41,478 nucleotides of DNA, taken from NCBI GenBank assembly GCA_964362425.1, contig CAYIEL010000001.1, positions 1 through 41,478 of the forward strand. The letters run 5' to 3'. Both the position numbers and the translations under genes were made by a program. This DNA comes from an uncultured Candidatus Saccharibacteria bacterium (lineage in GTDB: Bacteria; Patescibacteriota; Minisyncoccia; Phycocordibacterales; JACOZG01). Positions 1 through 7,199 of the stretch are shown one piece after another (within the stretch, counting starts at the first letter, position 1; each line of letters begins with the position of its first letter). Under the pieces are notes generated by a model. It ran no database searches, was not told the DNA's origin, and saw nothing but the letters and a program-made list of their open reading frames with translations.

Positions 1-145
1 CTCGTTGGCTAGGTGATTTAATTACATATTTCAATAACTGAACACAATTAGGCGCCACCACGGCTAAAGTTAAAACCCCAGCAATCCCTAAAGTTGCTAA
101 TACAGCTTGTTTAATTTTAGTCCTTCTTTCGTCTCTAATTTTCAC
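1..145 (-). CDS. hypothetical protein, N-terminal fragment running off the window edge (GTG start)
   Basis: Open minus-strand frame from GTG (143-145) to the edge: VKIRDERRTKIKQAVLATLGIAGVLTLAVVAPN..., with one hydrophobic helix. It is too short for the ORF track. Confidence 0.25.
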   Translation of the reverse strand, partial: MKIRDERRTKIKQAVLATLGIAGVLTLAVVAPNCVQLLKYVIKSPSQR

Positions 146-237
146 CTGAATATCATATCATAAATAGTACACGATCGTAAATTATTTAGTATATAATCAA
201 TTTAAGCGGGAAAAATCTTAGATCAAGTAAAAATTCA

Positions 238-246
238 TGCTACAAT
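238..246 (+). promoter_or_regulatory. extended -10 (TGcTACAAT) 6 nt upstream of the dprA ATG
   Basis: TG at 238-239 and TACAAT at 241-246, with ATG at 253. No Shine-Dalgarno sequence fits in between. Confidence 0.4.
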
Positions 247-249
247 CGC

Positions 250-1146
250 GTGATGGGAAGCGAGGACAAGATTAGAAAACTAGAGCCGGAAGAATTTCCG
301 GCTAGCGTTATGGAAATGGCCGATCCGCCAAAGGAACTTTATTTAGAGGGAACGTTGCCCGATTCAAATGAATTTACCTATCTCACGGTTGTCGGCTCAC
401 GCCGAGTGACACGTTATGGACAAGAGGCTTGCGAATCACTGATTCATGGACTTAGTGGCCAACCAATCGCGATTATCTCCGGTCTCGCCATCGGCACTGA
501 CACGATTGCGCACAAAGCTGCTCTTGACGCCGGCCTGCCAACCATCGCCATCCCGGGTTCCGGTCTCGATCGAAGTGTCTTGCATCCACCATCCAACGTT
601 CGTCTCGCTGATCGAATTGTCGAGCAAGGCGGCGCGCTCCTCTCCGAACTTCCGCCGATGGCACCGGCTGGGATCCACACCTTCCCCCGCCGCAATCGAA
701 TTATGGCCGGGCTCTCAAAAGCCACGTTGATCATCGAAGCTGGAGAGAAATCTGGAACGCTTATCACGGCTCGTCTCGCGCTTGATTACAATCGCGAAGT
801 TGGCGCCGTTCCGGGTTCCATTTTTTCACCGCAATCTTACGGCACTAATCAACTCATTCGCCAAGGCGCCACGCCGATCACCGGTAGTGCTGATTTACTT
901 GAGATGCTCGGTTTCAAATCCAACGAAGAAAACAAAGCAAAAACCCTTGACCTCAATTTACTTTCACCGGCCGAGAAAGTGATTGTCGAACTTCTGATGA
1001 TCGAGCCGCTTCCACGCGATGAACTCATCCGCCGATTAGAACGGCCCACCAATGAGATTAATGTTTTACTCGCCACGATGGAAATTAAGGGGTTAATTAA
1101 AGAAGCTCTCGGTGAAATCCGCCTAGTGACAAGTTTGCAAAAATAG
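250..1146 (+). CDS. dprA: DNA processing protein DprA/Smf
   Basis: Rossmann-like DprA core GSRRVTRYGQEA...ISGLAIGTDTIAHKAALDAG..TIAIPGSGLD...FPRRNRIMAG, plus a C-terminal winged-helix-like tail. The start may be the ATG at 253. Confidence 0.9.
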   Translation: MMGSEDKIRKLEPEEFPASVMEMADPPKELYLEGTLPDSNEFTYLTVVGSRRVTRYGQEACESLIHGLSGQPIAIISGLAIGTDTIAHKAALDAGLPTIAIPGSGLDRSVLHPPSNVRLADRIVEQGGALLSELPPMAPAGIHTFPRRNRIMAGLSKATLIIEAGEKSGTLITARLALDYNREVGAVPGSIFSPQSYGTNQLIRQGATPITGSADLLEMLGFKSNEENKAKTLDLNLLSPAEKVIVELLMIEPLPRDELIRRLERPTNEINVLLATMEIKGLIKEALGEIRLVTSLQK

Positions 1147-1172
1147 TGAAGGCATAGTACTAATGTAGGCCA

Positions 1173-3386
1173 ATGCCCAAACTTGCAGACAAAAAATTAT
1201 TGATCGTTGAGTCGCCGGCCAAAGCAAAAACGATTGGCAAATATCTCGGCGGAGAATATCGCGTGCTCGCGAGTGTCGGCCACATTCGTGATTTACCAAA
1301 ATCAAACAAGAATGCTATCGACATCGAAGGCGGTTTTGTCCCCAATTACGAAATTGTAAAAGGGAAAGAGTTGATTGTGAACGAGCTCAAGAGCGCGACC
1401 AAAAATTACCCTAACGTCTTCCTCGCCACTGACCCGGACCGCGAAGGTGAGGCTATCGCTTGGCACATCGCCGAAGCAATTGGTTTGTCTGGCGCAAAAA
1501 TTAAACGAATCATTTTTCATGAAGTGACACCTGAAGCGATTAAAGAAGCCTTAACCCATCCGCGTCCGATTGATCAGAATTTACTCCAAGCCCAAGAAGC
1601 TCGGCGCGTACTTGATCGACTCTTCGGTTATGATCTCTCCGGCCTCATCTGGCAGAAATTGCGCTATGGTCTCTCGGCCGGCCGTGTTCAATCCCCCGCT
1701 CTCCGCATCCTCGTCGAACGGGAAAAAGAAATCCGCGCTTTTATCCCCGTCAAATATTGGGTTATCACCGCCATTCTCAAAACAAAAAAAGGGGATGAAA
1801 TAACTTTTACCGCCACTATCGAACCGAAGACTGAAACGGAAGCCGAAGCGATTGTTAATGCGGGTCGCAAGGCTAATTGGAAAGTCGGTGATGTCGAAGC
1901 GCGCTCCGTCGCTCGTCGGCCGCGACCACCCTTCACCACTTCAACCCTTCAACAAGCGGCCTCCTCGCGACTCGGTTTCTCACCAGCCGTCACCATGCGT
2001 CACGCCCAACGTCTTTACGAAGCCGGACTGATCACCTATATGCGCACCGACAGCACGGCGATGAACGCCGGCGCGGTCAACGACATTATTGCCATCGCCC
2101 GCGCCGAGTACGGCGCGGCTTACGCTAGCTCTCCCCGTTTCTACCAAACGAAAAGCAAAAACGCCCAAGAAGCCCACGAGGCAATTCGACCAACTAGAAT
2201 CGGGACGCGAAGCGGCGGAGCGAGCGACGGTGAACACAAACTTTATGATCTGATTTGGCGACGCACTCTCGCCTGTCAAATGGCTGATGCTGAAGGCGCG
2301 CAAACAACTGTCACGGCCATTGCCGACAATCCAACTGTCCCCACTTTCACCGCCAGTGGTTACCGTATCAAATTCGACGGCTGGTTGCGTGCCGATCCGG
2401 CCACCCGGGGCGAAGAAAATGAATTGCCGACGGTCAATAAAGATGAACCGCTGGATTTGAAAAATATCGCGAGCGAAGGCAAGGAGACGACACCGCCTAA
2501 TCGCTACAGCGAAGCGGGGTTAGTGAAAGAGTTAGAGAAACGTGGCATCGGTCGGCCGAGCACTTATGCCTCAATTATCAAAACAATTCTTGATCGCGGT
2601 TACGTCGAAAAACTTAATCGTTCGCTTCAGCCAACCGAGACTGGCGAAGTGGTTAGCGATTTCTTGTCCGCTAATTTCAATGACTACATTAGCGATTCTT
2701 TCACCGCCAAAATGGAAGATGAACTTGACGAAATTGCCGGTGGCCGGTTGGAATATATTAAATCGATGAAGAATTTTTACGGGCCATTTCATCAAGCGGT
2801 TTTAGCCAAAAAGAAAATCCCGAAAATTAGCAATCTGGGCGACGGCCCAGTCGAAATGAAGTGCCCGATCTGTAACGACAAAATGGTTTGGAAATTAGGC
2901 CGGAGTGGAAAATTTTTGAGTTGCACCCGATTTCCCGACTGCACTGGCGCGCGAAGCGCGGTGGGTGTGGCCATGGTTGGGCCAAAAGAAACCGGTGAGG
3001 AGTGCCCCAAATGTAAAGATGGAAAATTGGTGGAGCGTGACGGAAAATTTGGACGTTTCGTCGCTTGTTCTAATTACCCGAAATGCAAATTTGTGAAGCA
3101 AGACGAGCAAGCCGCCGCGGCGGCCGATACTGGTGTCAAATGTCCCGTTTGTGCAAAAAGCTTGCCCGACTCTCGGCGGGGAACGATGGCCGAACGCCGC
3201 GGTCGCTACGGCATTTTTTATGGTTGCACTAATTATCCGGCTTGCAAAAATGCCATCAAAGCCAAACCAACCGGTGATCTCTGCCCGCAGTGTGGCGCCT
3301 TAATGATGGAAGGGACAAAAACTATTCCGGTCCGTTGCTCAAATAAAGCGTGTCCGAATCACAATCCGCAGAAACTCAAAACTTAA
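1173..3386 (+). CDS. topA: DNA topoisomerase I
   Basis: TOPRIM N-terminus LLIVESPAKAKTIGKYLG and DPDREGEAIAWH, active-site Tyr context ITYMRTDS, and four C-terminal CxxC...C zinc-ribbon repeats. Confidence 0.95.
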   Translation: MPKLADKKLLIVESPAKAKTIGKYLGGEYRVLASVGHIRDLPKSNKNAIDIEGGFVPNYEIVKGKELIVNELKSATKNYPNVFLATDPDREGEAIAWHIAEAIGLSGAKIKRIIFHEVTPEAIKEALTHPRPIDQNLLQAQEARRVLDRLFGYDLSGLIWQKLRYGLSAGRVQSPALRILVEREKEIRAFIPVKYWVITAILKTKKGDEITFTATIEPKTETEAEAIVNAGRKANWKVGDVEARSVARRPRPPFTTSTLQQAASSRLGFSPAVTMRHAQRLYEAGLITYMRTDSTAMNAGAVNDIIAIARAEYGAAYASSPRFYQTKSKNAQEAHEAIRPTRIGTRSGGASDGEHKLYDLIWRRTLACQMADAEGAQTTVTAIADNPTVPTFTASGYRIKFDGWLRADPATRGEENELPTVNKDEPLDLKNIASEGKETTPPNRYSEAGLVKELEKRGIGRPSTYASIIKTILDRGYVEKLNRSLQPTETGEVVSDFLSANFNDYISDSFTAKMEDELDEIAGGRLEYIKSMKNFYGPFHQAVLAKKKIPKISNLGDGPVEMKCPICNDKMVWKLGRSGKFLSCTRFPDCTGARSAVGVAMVGPKETGEECPKCKDGKLVERDGKFGRFVACSNYPKCKFVKQDEQAAAAADTGVKCPVCAKSLPDSRRGTMAERRGRYGIFYGCTNYPACKNAIKAKPTGDLCPQCGALMMEGTKTIPVRCSNKACPNHNPQKLKT

Positions 3387-3387
3387 A

Positions 3388-4347
3388 TTAAACCGTAAAG
3401 TTTTTGATGTTGTAAAGCTCGTCTTCGGGGTCAGGTTGAGGAATTGGTTCGGAAGGAATAATTGAATCGGCAGGTGGCATCGCTTGATCTGGTAGGGTCG
3501 CGATGAAAACTGAACCAAGATCTCCAGAGGCGAGGCGATCAAGCAGATTGCGCAGATCGTCGGTCGAAAAGAAATCGATCGTCACCTTTCCGCCTGATTC
3601 ACGCCGTTCGACTTGAACGCGAGCCCCAAGGGTCTCGGCTAACTTCTGCTCGAGTTCCATCGTCGCGGGATCAAGAATGTATTCCTTCTTACGAACGCGG
3701 TCATTGGCGATCCGGCGCGCGATCTGCTCGGCCTCGCGGACGTTGAGATGTTTCAGAGTAATTTCTTGGAACAGATTCTGTTGAGCTTCGGGATGTTCAA
3801 TCAGCATCAGAAGTGGCCGAGTGTGACCCTCGGTAATGTGACCGGCCGTAATCGCATCAAGCATCTCTTCTGACAACGCTAGAATGCGAAGAGTGTTAGT
3901 TACATACTCCCGACTCTTGCCGACCTTCTTCGCAATTTCGGTATGCTTCAATTTAAATTCTTTCACCAAACGCTCGAAGGCGAGCGCACGGTCAACCGAA
4001 TTCAAATCTTCACGTTGAAGATTTTCAATAATTGCCATCTCGAGCTTCAACTTATCATTGTCCCCACCGGCGCGAATCACACACGGCACCTGCGAGATAC
4101 CAGCCAGCTGGGCGGCGCGCCAACGACGTTCACCGGCGATCAATTCATACTCGACATAAAGACTGCCGTCTTCGCGTTCTTGCTCGTGGCGAGTGAGAAC
4201 AAGTGGCTGAAGCACGCCGTATTGGCGGATAGAATCGGCCAAGTCGCGCAAACGATCCTCGTTAAATTCCCGACGGGGTTGGAAAGGATTGGGCTTGATT
4301 TTAGCCACTTCGATCCAGAAGATGGAATCGTTGTAGATTTCAGACAT
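3388..4347 (-). CDS. parB: chromosome partitioning protein ParB/Spo0J
   Basis: ParB N-terminal box PNPFQPRREF, CTP-binding GERRWRAA motif, and HTH region TEIAKKVGKSREYVTNTLRIL. Confidence 0.9.
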   Translation of the reverse strand: MSEIYNDSIFWIEVAKIKPNPFQPRREFNEDRLRDLADSIRQYGVLQPLVLTRHEQEREDGSLYVEYELIAGERRWRAAQLAGISQVPCVIRAGGDNDKLKLEMAIIENLQREDLNSVDRALAFERLVKEFKLKHTEIAKKVGKSREYVTNTLRILALSEEMLDAITAGHITEGHTRPLLMLIEHPEAQQNLFQEITLKHLNVREAEQIARRIANDRVRKKEYILDPATMELEQKLAETLGARVQVERRESGGKVTIDFFSTDDLRNLLDRLASGDLGSVFIATLPDQAMPPADSIIPSEPIPQPDPEDELYNIKNFTV

Positions 4348-4419
4348 AGCAGACTAATGATAACAAAAATTGCCTTTCAAGCCCAGAAGCGATAAGCTAG
4401 AAGCTAATAGTTGATAAAA

Positions 4420-4501
4420 GCCGGAGTGGCGGAATTGGTATACGCGCACGACTCAAAATCGTGTCTCGCAAGGGATGAGGGTTCGAGTCCCTCCTCCGGC
4501 A
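4420..4501 (+). tRNA. tRNA-Leu (anticodon CAA)
   Basis: Cloverleaf folded by hand: acceptor gccggag/ctccggc, anticodon stem cacga/tcgtg with loop cuCAAaa, long variable arm, T-arm gaggg-ttcgagt-ccctc. Confidence 0.9.
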
Positions 4502-4506
4502 TTATT

Positions 4507-4578
4507 GCTCTTGTAGTTCAACGGATAGAATGCCTCCCTCCGAAGGAGGTGATGTAGGTTCAATTCCTGCCAAGAGCA
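4507..4578 (+). tRNA. tRNA-Arg (anticodon CCG)
   Basis: Acceptor gctcttg/caagagc, anticodon stem cctcc/ggagg with loop ctCCGaa, T-loop ttcaatt. Confidence 0.88.
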
Positions 4579-4583
4579 TACTT

Positions 4584-5549
4584 ATGGAATCCTCTTTAGC
4601 TATCGCCGTAGTTGGGCCGACGGCCAGTGGTAAATCCGCGCTCGCCGTTCGGCTCGCGCGTCAATTCGGTGGGGAAATTATTTCCGCGGATTCGCGACAA
4701 GTTTATCGTGGGCTAGATATCGGAAGTGGAAAAATCACTAAACGGGAAATGCGTGGTATCCCCCATCACCTACTCGATGTGGCAAATCCAAAATCAGCTT
4801 TTTCGGCCGCGCAATATCAAAAATTAGCCGATCAAGCGCTTAAAGAAATCGGCAAGCGCGGTAAAGTGCCAATCATTTGCGGCGGTACCGGTTTTTACAT
4901 TGATGTCTTACGAGGCAAGGTGACTCTCCCACCGGTGCCACCGAATCGGGCCCTGCGGGCCAAACTCGAAAAACTAAGCACTGAGAAACTGGGTGAGAAG
5001 CTTAAACTTCTTGACCCCAAAAGATTTAAAAGTATTGATGCCAGAAACAGACCGAGACTGATCCGCGCTATAGAAATTGCTACGGCGCTAGGTCACGTGC
5101 CACCATTGGAATTAAATACAAAGGGTAGTCCTTGGGGGTCAAAGGACTACCCTTTAATCACCAGCAAGGACAGTCCTTGCTGGTTAAATTTGGGGATCAA
5201 GCTTGAGCCGGAAGAATTGCGGGAAAAAATTAATACTCGCCTGCGCTATCGCCTTCAGCATGGTTTAATCGCTGAAGTGAAAAAACTACACGCCAATGGT
5301 TTAAGCTGGAAACGACTCGATGCGCTCGGACTTGAGTATCGTTATATCGCGGAATTTTTACAAAAGCGCGAGAAATTCCTGCTCTTGCAGGAACAACTCG
5401 CCACCGCTATTTGGCATTACGCTAAAAGGCAAATGACTTGGTTTAAACGAGATAAAACTATTAAATGGGTGAAGGATTATCAAGAAGCGGAAAAACAAAC
5501 AGTGGCGTTTCTTAAGGTTCGACCTTTTTCTGTCAAGGTCGAACCTTGA
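4584..5549 (+). CDS. miaA: tRNA dimethylallyltransferase MiaA
   Basis: P-loop AVVGPTASGKSALA, then SADSRQVYRGLDIGSGK and CGGTGFY. The start was moved to the ATG at 4584 because the track ORF start (4530) lies inside tRNA-Arg. Confidence 0.9.
   Translation: MESSLAIAVVGPTASGKSALAVRLARQFGGEIISADSRQVYRGLDIGSGKITKREMRGIPHHLLDVANPKSAFSAAQYQKLADQALKEIGKRGKVPIICGGTGFYIDVLRGKVTLPPVPPNRALRAKLEKLSTEKLGEKLKLLDPKRFKSIDARNRPRLIRAIEIATALGHVPPLELNTKGSPWGSKDYPLITSKDSPCWLNLGIKLEPEELREKINTRLRYRLQHGLIAEVKKLHANGLSWKRLDALGLEYRYIAEFLQKREKFLLLQEQLATAIWHYAKRQMTWFKRDKTIKWVKDYQEAEKQTVAFLKVRPFSVKVEP
5120..5184. repeat. two adjacent perfect hairpin palindromes (AAGGAC/GTCCTT core) inside the miaA reading frame
   Basis: 14-bp stem 5120-5133/5142-5155 and 11-bp stem 5160-5170/5174-5184, in frame, encoding KGSPWGSKDYPLITSKDSPCW. 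Confidence 0.8.
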
Positions 5550-5551
5550 CA
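5514..5551. repeat. GTCAAGG...CCTTGAC palindrome family, double copy forming the miaA 3' end and stop codon
   Basis: aaggttcgacctt (5514-5526) plus tgtcaaggtcgaaccttgaca (5531-5551). The latter matches the reverse complement of the copy at 30568-30590 at 22 of 23 positions. Confidence 0.8.
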
Positions 5552-5556
5552 TGAGG

Positions 5557-5628
5557 CGGGCCCACCCCGACTCGAACGGGGAACTACGCTTTTGGAGAGC
5601 GCTGTTTTACCATTGAAACTATAGGCCC
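5557..5628 (-). tRNA. tRNA-Trp (anticodon CCA)
   Basis: The reverse complement folds as a cloverleaf: acceptor gggccta/tgggccc, anticodon loop ctCCAaa, T-arm ccccg-ttcgagt-cgggg. Confidence 0.88.
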
Positions 5629-5654
5629 ATCTTTCTCTTTCTTTGGGCAGTATA

Positions 5655-5813
5655 CTACTTCTTCCCCTCTTGATGAAGCGTATGTTTCTTACACCAACGA
5701 CAATGCTTCTTCAGCGCAATTTTGCGCTCGACAAGCTTCCGATTTTTCCGGCTCCAATAATTAGTGCGTTTGCACTCCTTACAGGCCAATCTAATGAGTT
5801 GATCTTGGGACAT
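5655..5813 (-). CDS. rpmG: 50S ribosomal protein L33
   Basis: Hand-translated 52 aa, MSQDQLIRLACKECKRTNYWSRKNRKLVERKIALKKHCRWCKKHTLHQEGKK, with the CxxC...CxxC L33 signature. It is below the ORF-track length cutoff. Confidence 0.85.
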   Translation of the reverse strand: MSQDQLIRLACKECKRTNYWSRKNRKLVERKIALKKHCRWCKKHTLHQEGKK

Positions 5814-5816
5814 AAT

Positions 5817-6044
5817 TTAAACTAAAACTGCACTCTTGGGATGAACTTTAAAAAACTTCTCCGAATGATTAAAAAACTTCCTCGCTTCCAAAATTTCCAC
5901 TAAGACTGGAGTGTGATCTTTGGAATAATGAACGACAAAATTGCCCGCCTCTTCAGCGTAATCAATCGGCCGAGCTGACACCTCCCAACTCATCACATCG
6001 GCCTCTGGTTCGTAATTAATTTTGTATTTTGGACTAATTTTCAT
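5817..6044 (-). CDS. DUF2283-like small protein (putative antitoxin partner)
   Basis: 75 aa with the Y-E-P-E-A-D motif typical of DUF2283. It overlaps the upstream DUF4258-like ORF by 11 nt. Confidence 0.6.
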   Translation of the reverse strand: MKISPKYKINYEPEADVMSWEVSARPIDYAEEAGNFVVHYSKDHTPVLVEILEARKFFNHSEKFFKVHPKSAVLV

Positions 6045-6285
6045 ATTGACTGCGACGACCTGGATAAAAAGTAATTATCACCTGATCATCATTTTCCTCT
6101 CTGTAGACTACACGTAAGACATGTCTCGAGTCAAGCTGGCCTTGAGCGATCAAGAGTGGCAAACGTTTAGTATCAATTAACTCTGGCTCCTCGACTATTT
6201 GCACGACCAAATCTCTCGTCACCCTAAAACCATGTCGGGCAAGAACCACAAATTTCCGTTCAGCATGCCGTGTAAACCTAATCAT
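6034..6285 (-). CDS. DUF4258-like small protein (putative toxin)
   Basis: 83 aa with N-terminal IRFTRHAERK, then LRVVYREENDDQVIITFY, resembling the DUF4258 family pattern. Confidence 0.6.
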   Translation of the reverse strand: MIRFTRHAERKFVVLARHGFRVTRDLVVQIVEEPELIDTKRLPLLIAQGQLDSRHVLRVVYREENDDQVIITFYPGRRSQYEN

Positions 6286-6344
6286 CGGACATAATTTGTA
6301 ACGATCACTCTAGCATAAACTTATTCTTAAACGCAAACTTTTGT

Positions 6345-6365
6345 CGTCAAAACTTAGCCTTGACG
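6345..6365. repeat. degenerate member of the GTCAAGG...CCTTGAC palindrome family
   Basis: cgtcaaaacttagccttgacg differs at 2 of 19 positions from the copy inside sod (11124-11142). Confidence 0.5.
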
Positions 6366-6375
6366 GGGGGCAACA

Positions 6376-7055
6376 TCAAGAACAACCAGGATCATTGCTG
6401 GCATCAACTCTCCAACAACGAGCACCGGAAGAAAAGACCGAAATAGTTTTGTCTTCATTTACACATGCTCCACCCGCCGCAAGAGGATTCCAATAATTGG
6501 GATTATACATACTAGATGGGATAGCGGAAACATTCCCTTCCCATGTACCAACAATGGCTAGCTTGTACTCCGAACCAGATGGATTAAAAGTGTACCAATA
6601 ACCACAATTCACACTGGCACCAAAAGGAAAAACTCCGATGGCGGGGACTAGCGGATCTTGAGGTCTTGGTTTCAAATAAACTTTGTTACCCAAAGAATTA
6701 ATTTCAAAGCCATCATAAGGACTTGCCCCACCTGCCCCTCTGATTTTTGTCAGATCTTGTGTAAAACTTCCTATTGCAGCATCTCCACAATCCCAACATA
6801 AAAGACCAGGGGGGCAGGTGCAACGGGTGGGGGTGTAGGATAATGCCCAAAGTCGGCATAAAATAATTCCAGCGCATTTCGTACTTGGATCAAATCCTGT
6901 ACCCGTTTACTATTCCTCGCTTTCGCTCGGGCTTGGCCAAGAGAAGCAAACACAATGCTCGAGAGCAACCCGATGATCGCGATAACGACGAGCAATTCGA
7001 TGAGAGTAAAACCACGATGGGTAGCTTCGTTAGCTTGTAGCTTCATTGGCTTCAT
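6376..7055 (-). pseudogene. type IV pilin-like protein split by a frameshift at a C6 (plus-strand G6) homopolymer
   Basis: The N-terminal ORF carries the prepilin motif HRGFTLIELLVVIAIIG. The C-terminal Cys-rich part continues in another frame that stays open across 6694-6860. The frames merge if one C is added to the run at 6809-6814. Confidence 0.7.
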
Positions 7056-7106
7056 TATAAGACACTTGAGTTATGTCAACAAGTCAGATACTATTGTGAT
7101 GAAATT

Positions 7107-7190
7107 GCGTCGGTGGCAGAGTGGTCAATTGCAACAGACTGTAAATCTGTCGCCCTTTGGGCTCCGGAGGTTCGAATCCTCCCCGACGCA
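7107..7190 (+). tRNA. tRNA-Tyr (anticodon GTA)
   Basis: Acceptor gcgtcgg/ccgacgc, anticodon stem acaga/tctgt with loop ctGTAaa, long variable arm, T-arm ggagg-ttcgaat-cctcc. Confidence 0.9.
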
Positions 7191-7199
7191 TCGAGTGTT

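Noticed and set aside
1135-1175. Leaderless-type promoter for topA (TAATGT at 1161-1166, 6 nt from the ATG)
   Set aside because: The -10 is weak, there is no TG extension, and the only TTGCAA -35 candidate is 20 nt away. topA may simply be co-transcribed with dprA, so it was not counted among the leaderless cases.
4530-4583. 5' extension of the miaA track ORF (MPPSEGGDVGSIPAKSIL...)
   Set aside because: These codons lie inside tRNA-Arg(CCG) (4507-4578). The conserved MiaA P-loop begins right after the internal ATG at 4584.
5643-5825. 60-aa plus-strand ORF
   Set aside because: The opposite strand encodes a clear ribosomal protein L33 (5655..5813). The plus-strand ORF is its antisense shadow.
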